Assembly: GCA_913042995.1 (NCBI GenBank)
Contig: CAJWMA010000002.1
Span: 1-36,253, forward strand
Direction: 5' to 3'
Length of the DNA stretch: 36,253 bases
DNA from: an uncultured bacterium
GTDB lineage: Bacteria; Planctomycetota; UBA8108
The notes below the pieces were generated by a model. It was not told the origin of the DNA and ran no database searches. It saw only the letters and a list, made by a program, of their open reading frames with translations. A program made the translations under genes and the position numbers. Positions 1 through 8,668 of this stretch are shown here, in pieces. Positions within the stretch are counted from its first letter, which is position 1. Every line of letters starts with the position of its first letter.

Positions 1-1257
1 GTTGCTGATCCTGATAGCCGAGGAGTAGGCGGGGTCGTTGCTTTCAGGTCTCGAGCCATCGGTGGTGTAGCGGATCGTTCCGGCCGCGGGGGCGGACAGC
101 TCAACGGAGATGCTCGAGGCGACGTAGGCTCCGCTTTCGATGGAAAATTCCACGTTCGCGGAGACCTCATCAACCCCGACTCCATTCATCTCCTCCGGTG
201 TGGGGCTGGAGAAGTACTGGTAGGAATCATCAACAACCTCACCGATCGAGGTGGAGACCAGCTGCGCGGCGATGAGGAAGTCGTTACTTGTCGTGGTCCT
301 GTTGAGTCCCTGGATCGCGAGAACATTGCTCCCGTTGCGAAGGAGGCCGCGATGCTGTGTCAGGTTGAAGTTTTCGTATTCACGGGCCCGGGCATCGATG
401 TGAGAGAGCGAGGCGGCTGAATTCCAGGACAGCGCCTCGGCGGCCGGGCTGTTGGCCGAGATCACCGGGCTGCCGTTGAGGTAGGCGGTGAAGCCATCAT
501 CGTACCGAACCTGGAGCCTGAGCTGGTCGATGGTCTCCGGGTTTTCCAGCTCGAAGGGGATCCGGATGTAGACGCTGCTGTTGCGCTGGTACATCTCCTC
601 CTCGACATCAGTGGAGAACAGCCCGTCATATCCCGCTCCTCTTTCGAAGCCGACGCCGCCCCGGCCGCTTCTCCAGGAGTTGTCGTTGAAGCCCCGCCCC
701 ATCCAGGTGGATTCCAGCGCGTTGCTGGTGGGCACAAGAACGCGGTGAGGCGTGTCAGGTCCGGCAAGCTCGTTGAAAGAGCTGTTGGTTGACACACCGT
801 AAGACGCGTCAGGCACCTGCGGGGGGAAGGAGGGGAAGAAGCCTGAGAGGATTGTTGATCCGTCCGGGGTGACCAGCAGCAGCTGGTCGCCGTCTCCGTC
901 GAGGCGGAAGTTGGTGTGCAGCTCCTCGGCCGGGTCGCGGCGGTCCTTTTCAGATGCGAAGACCAGCATGTATTCTCCCGCGCCCAGGCTTACGGCGGGG
1001 AATCTCCACTTGTCGAGGTTGTCCGGGTCATCGGTAAGGAAGTGGCCCTCGAGCGCGTAGGTGTCGGTGCCTGAGTTGTAGAGCTCGATCCAGTCCGGGC
1101 GGCTGCCATCTTCATCCTGGATGTCGTTCTGGTTGGAGGCCATGAACTCGTTGATGACCACGCCGTCTCCCCTGGCGGAGTGCGGGAGCAGCGTTACAGT
1201 GATCGCTGTGAGGATCGTGAGAAACGAAATCGCCCTGCGGGCCGCTGTTTTTTTCAA
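1..1257 (-). CDS. Secreted lamin-tail-domain (LTD) protein with a chitobiase/hexosaminidase-C-like Fn3-associated domain; 3' end lies beyond the left edge of the window
   Basis: Absent from the ORF track because it has no stop inside the window. The minus-strand frame whose codons end at position 1 is open from 1257 to 1. My hand translation starts TTG-KKTAARRAISFLTILTAITVTLLPHSARG, which looks like a signal peptide. It continues DGVVINEFMASN..RPDWIELYNSGTD..GEYMLVFAS..FRLDGDGDQLLL (LTD signature), then RLQVRYDDGFTAYLNGSPV. At the window edge it reads SVELSAPAAGTIRYTTDGSRPESNDPAYSSAIRISN. An in-frame TAA at 1324..1326 bounds the 5' end. Candidate starts are TTG 1257 or TTG 1287. Confidence 0.75.
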   Translation of the reverse strand, partial: MKKTAARRAISFLTILTAITVTLLPHSARGDGVVINEFMASNQNDIQDEDGSRPDWIELYNSGTDTYALEGHFLTDDPDNLDKWRFPAVSLGAGEYMLVFASEKDRRDPAEELHTNFRLDGDGDQLLLVTPDGSTILSGFFPSFPPQVPDASYGVSTNSSFNELAGPDTPHRVLVPTSNALESTWMGRGFNDNSWRSGRGGVGFERGAGYDGLFSTDVEEEMYQRNSSVYIRIPFELENPETIDQLRLQVRYDDGFTAYLNGSPVISANSPAAEALSWNSAASLSHIDARAREYENFNLTQHRGLLRNGSNVLAIQGLNRTTTSNDFLIAAQLVSTSIGEVVDDSYQYFSSPTPEEMNGVGVDEVSANVEFSIESGAYVASSISVELSAPAAGTIRYTTDGSRPESNDPAYSSAIRISN

Positions 1258-1416
1258 GTCCGTCTGTCCTGTCGAGCTGCGGATCAAAGACTCCGGCCTG
1301 TTGAAAAGGGTGGCCAGCGATCCTTAATGCGCGATTGGATGAATTTCCTGGAACTGCCTGATGGCCATTTTATCACCCGGTTTTCCGGGAAGCCATGAAA
1401 TCAGCAGGCGGTCTCC

Positions 1417-2787
1417 TCAGTCTTGGCGTTTCTGCCAGGGAACGGTTCCGTAGCGCTGCAGCTCACGGCGGAGCCTGGCGGAGAGATCCCTGAAAACACC
1501 GCGCTCCTTGCGGGCCAGGTTGGTGGTTTCGAGCGGGTCGGCCTCGAGATTATAGAGCTCGAGCGGTTGGAACGGGCTGTTCTGCAGCAACTTCCACTTT
1601 CCCCAGCGAAGGGCCTCGATGGTTTTGCCTCCGTAGGCCGTGCCTCCTTCTCTGCGAATGAAGTAGAGCTCCCTGCTGGGTTCGGAGCGTTTTTTTCCGA
1701 GCAGCTCGCTGAGGAAGCTGACTCCATCGAAGGGTTCCTCGGTTTTGACAGACACCGCCTCGAGGAGGGTCGGCAGGATGTCCATGGTCAGCGAGACCCG
1801 CTGGCAGCCGCTGCCGGGAGCGATTCGTCCGGGCCAGGAAGCCACGGCGGGAACCTTGATGCCTCCTTCGTAGACCGTTCCTTTGCCCGCCTTCAGCTGG
1901 CCATTGTTGGCGCCCACATTACTCTGGCCGCCGTTGTCCGAGGTGAAGATCACCAGGGTGTTTTCAGCCTGGCCGGTTTTTTCGAGGGAGTCGAGCACCT
2001 TGCCGATGCCGTAGTCCATGTGTTCGATGAGGGCGACCAGCTTCGCTCGCTTGCCGTTGATCCCCTGCTCTCTCTTCGTTATTTTTTCGACCCATTCTTT
2101 CGGAGGCTGGATCGGGGTGTGCGGGGCGTTGTAGGCGAGGTAGAGGCAGAAGGGCTCCTTCTTTCCTTTGCGGGAGCGGATGTAATCAACCGCCCAGTCG
2201 GAGAACAGGTCCGTTGCATGTCCCTCGGGGTCGATGGTCTCACGACCCTTGCGCATATAGTTGATGTTGTGGCGGCGATGCTTGTAGTAGTCGTCCATCA
2301 TGTCGCCGAGGAAACCGTGGAAGAAGTCAAAGCCTCGTGAAAGAGGATGGTTCTCTTCCTTGAGGCCGAGGTGCCATTTGCCGACAAGAGCGCTGTGGTA
2401 TCCTGCCTTCTTGAGCAGCCCGGGAAGCAACTTCGCATCCTGGCGCAGGTAGCCCCAATTGTTCGTCGCGTGAGTTCGGATGACCCCGGGCACTCCGGCC
2501 ATCGCCGGGTACCTTCCGCTCAGCAGTGACGCCCGGGTTGGCGAACAGACCGGGCAGTTGGCGTAGAAGTTATCGAAGCGCATCCCGCGAACGCCGATCC
2601 CATCGACGTTCGGGGTCCGGATATCCTTTCCGCCATAGCTCGACAGGTCGCCGTAGCCCAGGTCATCAGCGAGGATGATGACGATGTTCGGGCGTTCAGC
2701 CCCCACCGCCGCCGTGGCTACCAGCAGGGCCGCGAGGAAGCCTGCGAAGGCACTCAGCGGTCTTCGGTTCCGTGTGAACTGGCTCAT
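1417..2787 (-). CDS. Arylsulfatase-family sulfatase (Cys-type, formylglycine-dependent), secreted
   Basis: The track ORF is 1417..2796. It has a hydrophobic signal-like N-terminus (AFAGFLAALLVATAAVGA), the sulfatase N-terminal block IVIILADDLGYGD and the FGly motif C-S-P-T-R in CPVCSPTRASLLSGRYP. It also has GKWHLG and TSDNGG blocks. I prefer ATG 2787 (MSQFTRN) over the GTG at 2796. Confidence 0.9.
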   Translation of the reverse strand: MSQFTRNRRPLSAFAGFLAALLVATAAVGAERPNIVIILADDLGYGDLSSYGGKDIRTPNVDGIGVRGMRFDNFYANCPVCSPTRASLLSGRYPAMAGVPGVIRTHATNNWGYLRQDAKLLPGLLKKAGYHSALVGKWHLGLKEENHPLSRGFDFFHGFLGDMMDDYYKHRRHNINYMRKGRETIDPEGHATDLFSDWAVDYIRSRKGKKEPFCLYLAYNAPHTPIQPPKEWVEKITKREQGINGKRAKLVALIEHMDYGIGKVLDSLEKTGQAENTLVIFTSDNGGQSNVGANNGQLKAGKGTVYEGGIKVPAVASWPGRIAPGSGCQRVSLTMDILPTLLEAVSVKTEEPFDGVSFLSELLGKKRSEPSRELYFIRREGGTAYGGKTIEALRWGKWKLLQNSPFQPLELYNLEADPLETTNLARKERGVFRDLSARLRRELQRYGTVPWQKRQD

Positions 2788-2788
2788 C

Positions 2789-3637
2789 TCAGGCACGCTT
2801 CGCCCATTCGGACTTCATGAAGCTGAGGGAATCCCTCGCCAGCTGCTCCTCGCTCTCGTACATGCGGCGCCAGATCTTGGTGGCGGCCGCCAGCTCGGGC
2901 AGGGCGAGTCCAAAGGCTTCGACCATCATCCAGCCCTCGTAGCCGGTCTCCTTGAGCGTGTCGAAGGTGGTGTTCCAGTCGACGTTGCCGCTGCCGGGCG
3001 TCGAGCGGTCGTTTTCTGAAATATGAACGTGGACGGTATGCTCGCTGCAGGCACGGATCGCCTCGGCGACACCTTTCTCTTCGATATTGGCGTGGAAGGT
3101 GTCGTACATCATCTTGCAGTTGGGATGGTCGACGGTCTCGATGAAGCGGGCGGTGTCAGCCGCGGTGTTGATGAAGTAGCACTCGAACCGGTTGAGGTAC
3201 TCTACCGCCAGGGTTACGCCGCAGGTTGCCGCATGCTCCGCGACCGCTCGCATGCTGTCCGCTCCCCAGCCCAGCTCGTCGGCTGTGGGGCCGGAGCCGC
3301 TGAAGACGCCGAGCGCGGAGTGAAAAGGTCCGCAGAGGAAATCGGCACCGAGAGCCTGGCAGCAGTCAAGGGCCTGCTTGTTGAGGTCGACGCCCGCTGC
3401 TCTGACCGCGGCATCAGGGCTGATCGGGTTGTCTTCTTCGTTCCTTACCGTAACCGCGGTTCTCTCGAGTCCCAGCTCATCGAGCTTTTGACCGAGAGCG
3501 GCGCACTGGTCGACATCGTAGGCGAAGAGAGGGATCTCAACTCCGTCAAACCCGGCCTCTTTCAACATCTCGAGCACCGGGTAGTGTTCTTCTTCGATGC
3601 CTCCACTCCACAACAGCAGGTTCATGCCAAACTTCAT
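2789..3637 (-). CDS. Sugar phosphate isomerase/epimerase (xylose isomerase-like TIM barrel)
   Basis: The track ORF is 2789..3700. The protein from MKFGMNLLLWSG.. shows the usual AP-endonuclease-2/xylose-isomerase-like TIM barrel layout (GFDGVEIPLF, LAVEYLNRFE, HVHISENDR). I prefer ATG 3637 because the upstream 21 codons are R-rich and not protein-like. Its stop, TGA 2789..2791, lies 1 nt from the sulfatase ATG. Confidence 0.85.
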   Translation of the reverse strand: MKFGMNLLLWSGGIEEEHYPVLEMLKEAGFDGVEIPLFAYDVDQCAALGQKLDELGLERTAVTVRNEEDNPISPDAAVRAAGVDLNKQALDCCQALGADFLCGPFHSALGVFSGSGPTADELGWGADSMRAVAEHAATCGVTLAVEYLNRFECYFINTAADTARFIETVDHPNCKMMYDTFHANIEEKGVAEAIRACSEHTVHVHISENDRSTPGSGNVDWNTTFDTLKETGYEGWMMVEAFGLALPELAAATKIWRRMYESEEQLARDSLSFMKSEWAKRA

Positions 3638-3777
3638 TGTCTCGTCTCTCCGAACTCGTGAGTTTCTGGTTGTTACCGGCTCCGGGCGGCTGTTCCGCAT
3701 CCGGGAACTGCATAGTTAACTACGAACGCCGCTTTCATGGCTACTGTGATTTTTCCGGCCGGCTCCGGATGCTGGAT

Positions 3778-4392
3778 TCAGATGGTTTCTTCGGGTTCAG
3801 CAAGGAGGTCGTGAAGCTGGTCGGCGGAAAGCTCGAGCTTCTCGAGGTAGTGAGCATGGCAGACCGGCAGGTAGAGCTCTTCGCAGCCCAGGGTCCTGGA
3901 AGGGCCGGCCAGGGTTGGCTTGCCGTCGACGGACTTGAGGTTGAAGACCGCCTTCCGGTTACAGCAGGCACAGGTGGTCTTGATCTCCTCGATGCTGTCG
4001 GCCAGTTCGAGCAGCCGCCTGCTTCCCGCGAAGAGATGGGTCCGGAAGTCGTTGCGCAGGCCGTAGCAGATAACCGGGATGTCCCTTGCCGCCGTGAGTT
4101 CGCGCAACTGGTCGATCACAAACGCGGAGACGAACTGGGCCTCATCCACCAGGACGCAGTGGCAGGAGTCAAAAAGCTCCGGGGGAAGCTCGGTCTGATT
4201 TTCGAGAAGAAGATCGGCTTCGCGTTCGAGTCCAGCCCTCGAGGCGACACGGGAGGCGCCGAAGCGGGTGTCGACGGAGGGCTTCATCACGACAACGCCC
4301 TTGCCTTGCCGCTCGTAGTTGTGGGCGACCGCAAGCAGGTTGAGAGTCTTGGCGCTGCCAACCGTGCCATAGCGAAAATAGAGTTTTGCCAT
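3778..4392 (-). CDS. tdk: Thymidine kinase
   Basis: MAKLYFRYGTVGSAKTLNLL carries the P-loop variant G-x-x-G-S-A-K-T typical of type II Tdk. VLVDEAQF is present. The C-terminal zinc ribbon is present as CACCNRKA and LPVCHAHY. I prefer ATG 4392 over the upstream track start at 4413. Confidence 0.9.
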   Translation of the reverse strand: MAKLYFRYGTVGSAKTLNLLAVAHNYERQGKGVVVMKPSVDTRFGASRVASRAGLEREADLLLENQTELPPELFDSCHCVLVDEAQFVSAFVIDQLRELTAARDIPVICYGLRNDFRTHLFAGSRRLLELADSIEEIKTTCACCNRKAVFNLKSVDGKPTLAGPSRTLGCEELYLPVCHAHYLEKLELSADQLHDLLAEPEETI

Positions 4393-4471
4393 CGTTTCTC
4401 CTGACCCCCTCAAGCGGATTCAAGACTCTATCGTTCTCTCTACCGGGGGCGCAAGAAAATAGCCCCTTGGT

Positions 4472-7400
4472 TTATCCGCAGGGAGGGTAGCCGGAGCAGT
4501 CGCTTGTTTCTGGATCGATTCCGCAGGCCGGGAACGGTGCCGGCGGACCTTCCTGTCCCAGGAAGAGGAAGCCCAGGAGGCTGATACCATCGGTAATGTC
4601 GACGCCGCCATCCCGGTTGGCATCTCCCGCCTGGGAGCAACTCGAATCAGGATTTCCGAGGAATAGGAAATTCAGCAGGGCGATGGCGTCAGTTATGGAG
4701 AGAGCTCCATCCGTGTCGAAATCTCCGCGCACAAAGGGAGTCGGGCCCGCCGCCGCGTTTTCCGTTTCGATAAAGAGCACGAGCCCGTCATGGTCCGAGG
4801 CGCCGAGGGCTGTCGTTGGGTCGTTGTCCCTGCCGGTTGGAGCATCAGCGTTCGAGCGGCCGTATTGAGCGCCCCGGGTCTTCTTTTCGAGCGCCGAAGA
4901 GGTCAGGATGTGATCTACCGCCTGGGAGTTGCCGAGGTTCACGGTCGAGTAGCGCTCAAGAGGGTCCAGGTCGAGGACATGGTTCCTCAGCGCCGGCTCT
5001 ACGGCGAACTCGCCCGGCAGCAGGGCGCTTCCTTCCTCCTCGAGGCCGGTGATGATGCCGAGGACGTCGACATATCCATCGGTGAACTCGAAGGCGTTGA
5101 AATCACCGGCGACCACCAGGTGGATGTCCGGGGTCTCCTCTTGCAGAGACTGGACCGCCTGGGCCACGAACCGGGCCTGGGCAAGCCGCTTGCGTCTGAC
5201 GAAGTTTCCCTGTGAGGGGTCTTCGATGTTCAGCAGGGAGCGAAGATGAAGGTTCAGGACGGTCAGCGGGAACGGCTCATCGGATCCGAGGTAATAGCAG
5301 GTCAACACCTGGGGCGGCCGCGAGAAGGTCTGCAGGTCACGCCCGCCGAAGCGGAAGGTCGCCTCGAAACCCAATGAGCCTGCGCTCTCTACCTCTACGG
5401 TGTCCCTGACCAGCAGGCCGTTGTTGCGTCCGCCGGGGTCGCTTCCTGTTTCCAGGTAGGGCGTGTAGAGCGCGGTGTCGTCATCCAGCAGGATCCGATC
5501 GGCCAGGTTCTGAAGAACAGCCAGGTTCTCGGCCTCCTGGACGCAGAGGATGTCAGGCTTCCCGAGAATCTCTCGAATCAGCAGGGAGTGCTTGGCGAGG
5601 CGATTCTCTTCTTCGCCCGCGTCGAGAATTACCTCCTCGAGCAGCGGGTCGTCGATGGAATCCATGAACTGGTAGAGATTGAGGGTCGCGATGGCGAGCT
5701 CTCCGGGGTTCCTGCTCCTGACGGGGACGGCCTCCGTATTGTCATCCAGTTCGAAAACCTCCGGATGGAGACGATAGCGTCCATAGCGGAAGGCCAGTGG
5801 TCCACGGCAGAACTTGATGACCGTTCCGGGGGCCGGGTCGACGTCTTCGAGGCCCATGGCATCCGGATCCACCTCGAAGATCTCCGGGTTTCCATCCCAG
5901 GTGAGCAGGCCGGGTTGTCCGGGGAACAGGAGTCCGGGCTCGCGATAGGGTCTTCGTTCGTCCGCCACGACGAGGCAGTTGCCGTAGCGGTCAAGCGGGT
6001 TGACCACCATACCTCCGCTGAACTCAACCAGCATGTTCTCAAACCGCTCCAGCTCGTTTTCGGGTTGGGGTCTCCGGTGAGAGGGCTGGGTGTCATCGAA
6101 GATCACCGGGTCCGGGAGCTCCTGTCCCGCCAGCGTGGTGGTGACCCGCGGGTTGCTCAGCTCGGTCCAGCCGAAGAACTCCTGGACTGTGCCGACAACG
6201 TCTACCAGGTCGCCGGCCTGGACATCAGGAGGCGCGTCGGTGTAGACGAAGATTCCATCCGAGGTCTCGGGGTCGCCATCGCTTCTCTCATCAGGCGTCT
6301 GCAGGAAGAAGCCGTTCCAGATCACTCCAGTCACGACGTTATCCCTGGTCAGTACGTTTTCTCCCTCCAGGGGGGAGGACATGCCGGGACCCTGGATCTC
6401 CCAGATCTCGATGCTGTCGGGAACGCCGGCTATCTCCGGGCAGCCCTGGAATCGGACTCCGTCAAGAAGCGTGCCGGGGGAGAAGCTCTCGCCGCCGCTG
6501 CCGTCGGCTTCCGAATGGGGCAGGAAATCTCCTTCCAGCTCAGGTGAGCGAACCAGGGACTGGCCGGCGGCGTCAGCGCCGGAATAGGTGACCAGGGCAA
6601 GTGTCTCGCCGGCCTCGTTGGAAAAGGAGACGGTGTCGCCGTCATCATCGAGGTCGAGCGTGCCTGATGAGGCGGCCTGGATGAGCGCGCCGCTCTCCGG
6701 CAGGTCCGCGCCGCCTCCTCCGAAGACCACCACAGCGCAGTTGTCCGCGACGATCGTTCCCGGGAGGAAGAGATGGCGGACCGTGGCTCCATCCGCGAGC
6801 GCCCAATTGGAGATGTCCTGTTCGACTCCCGTCAGGTTTACGACCTCGATGAATTCATCCGTTTCATCTTCAACTGTCCCATCTCCGTTCGCATCTTGTT
6901 CCGGCGAGGGATGGAGCTCGTTGATGACCCAGCCCGAGGCCGGCGGCTCCGGCTGTCCCTGGGTGCATCCCTCGAAGAACGTTCCATCCGTGAGAGTCCC
7001 AGGAGACATGGCCGTTCCGCCAGCGGCACCGGCCTCCGCATGCTGGGTCCAGGCGCCATCAAGGTCAGGGTCGAGGGTCAACGACTGGTCGTTGTTGCCC
7101 TCCGGTCCGTAGGTCGCGGTGGCGATGTCGATGCCGGCATTCGTGCTGAGGGTCAGGGTGTCGCCGCTGTTGTTGAGGGCGAGGGTTCCCGAGCTCGCTG
7201 CGAGCCGCAGCGTCCCGCTGGCCGATGGTCCGAGCGGGCCTCCGCCGAAGACGACCACCGCGCAGCCGTCGGCAACCAGCGAACCTTCCGGGAAGATGTG
7301 GCGGATTCGCACCAGGTCGGAGATGGTCCAACCGCTGATGTCCACATCCTCTCCTGACAGATTGACAAGCTCGAGGAATTCGTCCTCGATGGAATCAAAG

Positions 7401-7543
7401 TTACCGTTGTTGTTGGAATCGTTGGCGCGGCCGGGGTCCGCGAGGATCTCGTTGAAAATCCACTGGGAACCGGCCTGCGCCCGGGTGCAGGCCAGGAATG
7501 CGAAAAGGAATAAAATGCGGAAGGCCATCGTCCGGGTGGTCAT
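4472..7543 (-). CDS. Extracellular nuclease of ExeM/NucH architecture: signal peptide, two tandem LTDs, OB-like module, endonuclease/exonuclease/phosphatase (EEP) domain, C-terminal dockerin-like repeat with Cys-rich tail
   Basis: A 1023-aa ORF with signal peptide MAFRILFLFAFLACTRAQA. LTD1 is about aa 27-193 (nt 6965..7465) and contains FNEILADPG..DEFLELVN. LTD2 is about aa 204-368 (nt 6440..6934) and contains VINELHP..DEFIEVVN. The ExeM/NucH-type block follows: IEIWEIQGPGMSSPLEGENV..VVTGV..GFFLQTP..SDGIFVYT..GDLVDVVGTVQEFFGWTEL. The EEP domain is about aa 615-925 (nt 4769..5701), with IATLNLYQF, ILCVQE, VVAGDFN and ASDHD. The last 87 aa (nt 4475..4735) carry two D-x-D/N-x-DG..I(T)D..LL.FLFLG calcium-loop repeats. 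Confidence 0.85.
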   Translation of the reverse strand: MTTRTMAFRILFLFAFLACTRAQAGSQWIFNEILADPGRANDSNNNGNFDSIEDEFLELVNLSGEDVDISGWTISDLVRIRHIFPEGSLVADGCAVVVFGGGPLGPSASGTLRLAASSGTLALNNSGDTLTLSTNAGIDIATATYGPEGNNDQSLTLDPDLDGAWTQHAEAGAAGGTAMSPGTLTDGTFFEGCTQGQPEPPASGWVINELHPSPEQDANGDGTVEDETDEFIEVVNLTGVEQDISNWALADGATVRHLFLPGTIVADNCAVVVFGGGGADLPESGALIQAASSGTLDLDDDGDTVSFSNEAGETLALVTYSGADAAGQSLVRSPELEGDFLPHSEADGSGGESFSPGTLLDGVRFQGCPEIAGVPDSIEIWEIQGPGMSSPLEGENVLTRDNVVTGVIWNGFFLQTPDERSDGDPETSDGIFVYTDAPPDVQAGDLVDVVGTVQEFFGWTELSNPRVTTTLAGQELPDPVIFDDTQPSHRRPQPENELERFENMLVEFSGGMVVNPLDRYGNCLVVADERRPYREPGLLFPGQPGLLTWDGNPEIFEVDPDAMGLEDVDPAPGTVIKFCRGPLAFRYGRYRLHPEVFELDDNTEAVPVRSRNPGELAIATLNLYQFMDSIDDPLLEEVILDAGEEENRLAKHSLLIREILGKPDILCVQEAENLAVLQNLADRILLDDDTALYTPYLETGSDPGGRNNGLLVRDTVEVESAGSLGFEATFRFGGRDLQTFSRPPQVLTCYYLGSDEPFPLTVLNLHLRSLLNIEDPSQGNFVRRKRLAQARFVAQAVQSLQEETPDIHLVVAGDFNAFEFTDGYVDVLGIITGLEEEGSALLPGEFAVEPALRNHVLDLDPLERYSTVNLGNSQAVDHILTSSALEKKTRGAQYGRSNADAPTGRDNDPTTALGASDHDGLVLFIETENAAAGPTPFVRGDFDTDGALSITDAIALLNFLFLGNPDSSCSQAGDANRDGGVDITDGISLLGFLFLGQEGPPAPFPACGIDPETSDCSGYPPCG
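6440..7465 (-). repeat. Tandem intragenic duplication encoding two lamin-tail domains (about 165 aa each) inside the nuclease gene
   Basis: The two protein segments align by eye over their full length. Shared blocks include DEF(L/I)E(L/V)VN, DIS.W, (I/V)RH.F, VAD.CAVVVFGGG, AASSGTL, GDT, QSL, SPGTL.DG and F(E/Q)GC. The DNA-level copies have diverged. Confidence 0.6.
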
Positions 7544-7706
7544 TCGTTCAGCCTCGTCTTCGATCCAGGGGTGTTACACACTATGCCCCATCGGTAAGTG
7601 ATGATAGATTCCTGCTCTGAGATCTTGCAAGCTATTCACTTCGATAATCTGCTTTGTCGATGAGCCCTGCCCGGCTCGTTGTCATTTACTTCTCGCGGGG
7701 GTTCAA

Positions 7707-8660
7707 GTGTCAGAAAAAAACGGGATACCGACCATCGACCTGGGTGACTTCATGTCGGATGATTCCGAGCGCCGCAAGAGCTTTGTCCAGACCTTTGGGC
7801 AGGGCCTGCTCGACTATGGATTCATCAAGCTCGAAGGGCACGGGATCGAGCCTTCCCTGATCAGGGAAGGCTACGATGCTTTCGAGAGTTTTTTCGCATT
7901 CGATGAAGACATCAAGAAACAATACGCGGGAACCGAGGCCGGCGCCCGCGGCTACACTCCCTTCGGAGTCGAGCACGCCAAGGATTACGACAAGCCGGAT
8001 CTCAAGGAGTTCTGGCAGGTGGGGCAGGACCTTCCCGAGGGGCATCCCTACCGGGCTCAATATCCAGGCAATGTCTGGCCGGCGGAAATTCCTGAATTCC
8101 AGCTGCATGCCCAGGAGATCTTCCGTCGTCTCGAGGACTGCGCCCGCAGCCTGCTCGATAGCCTTGCGGAGTTCTTTGAGCTTCCTGCGGGGACGTTCTC
8201 AGACATGATCGTTGCTGGAAATCACGTGCTGCGCATTATCCACTACCCTCCGTTGTCCGGAGAGGTGGATCCAACGGCCTTCCGCTCTGCTCCCCACGAG
8301 GACATCAACCTCATCACGCTCCTGTGCGAGGCGACCCAGGGAGGACTCGAGATCCTGACGCGCGAGAACGAGTGGATTCCTGTTGAGGCGGAGTCCGGCC
8401 AGATCGTGGTCGACAGCGGTGACATGATCGCCAGGGTGACAAACGGAATCGTTCCGGCGACGACCCACCGTGTCTCTAATCCAAAGCGCGCCGTCAACGA
8501 GTCGCGTTATTCGATTCCTTTCTTCGTACATCCTTTCTCAGCCTGCGACCTGACGGTCATGGACAGGTTTGTGAGCGAGGATCATCCGCCGAATTTTGAG
8601 CCCATAACCGCCGGCGAGTATCTCGATCAGAGACTGCGAGAGATCGGGCTGAAGGGGTGA
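7707..8660 (+). CDS. 2-oxoglutarate/Fe(II)-dependent oxygenase (isopenicillin N synthase-like family)
   Basis: A 317-aa ORF with a GTG start. It has the DIOX_N-like N-terminus IPTIDLGDF. The facial triad H-x-D...H is present as APHEDINLITLL and ATTHRV, and the 2OG-binding R-x-S is present as RYSIPFF. Confidence 0.85.
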   Translation: MSEKNGIPTIDLGDFMSDDSERRKSFVQTFGQGLLDYGFIKLEGHGIEPSLIREGYDAFESFFAFDEDIKKQYAGTEAGARGYTPFGVEHAKDYDKPDLKEFWQVGQDLPEGHPYRAQYPGNVWPAEIPEFQLHAQEIFRRLEDCARSLLDSLAEFFELPAGTFSDMIVAGNHVLRIIHYPPLSGEVDPTAFRSAPHEDINLITLLCEATQGGLEILTRENEWIPVEAESGQIVVDSGDMIARVTNGIVPATTHRVSNPKRAVNESRYSIPFFVHPFSACDLTVMDRFVSEDHPPNFEPITAGEYLDQRLREIGLKG

Positions 8661-8668
8661 TGTAGCTG

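Noticed and set aside
1376-1389. The CCCGG-TTTT-CCGGG hairpin downstream of the sulfatase, considered as a terminator.
   Set aside because: The stem is only 5 bp, and no U-tract follows it on the minus-strand transcript.
462-1398. Short track ORFs (111, 63, 68 and 72 aa) near the left edge.
   Set aside because: They overlap, in the wrong frame or on the wrong strand, the continuous LTD-protein frame that runs off the window. Their products are low in complexity.
3745-3765. The UCCGG/CCGGA hairpin next to a T5/A5 run downstream of tdk.
   Set aside because: On the transcribed minus strand the run is A-rich and follows the hairpin as A residues rather than U residues. It does not meet intrinsic terminator criteria.
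5588-7357. Plus-strand ORFs of 319, 174 and 194 aa inside the nuclease locus.
   Set aside because: They are antisense to the 1023-aa nuclease gene, which has coherent multi-domain content.
7625-7650. Sigma70-like hexamers TTGCAA and GATAAT/TAATCT in the divergent intergenic region.
   Set aside because: The spacing is only 12 to 14 nt rather than about 17 nt, and the promoter consensus for this lineage is unknown. I cannot support a promoter call.
7695-7720. The GGGGGTTCAAGTG string resembling a tRNA T-arm, and the A7 tract at the oxygenase start.
   Set aside because: There is no complementary acceptor or T-stem and no cloverleaf context. The A7 tract lies within codons 3 to 5 of a normal-looking gene, and nothing suggests phase variation.
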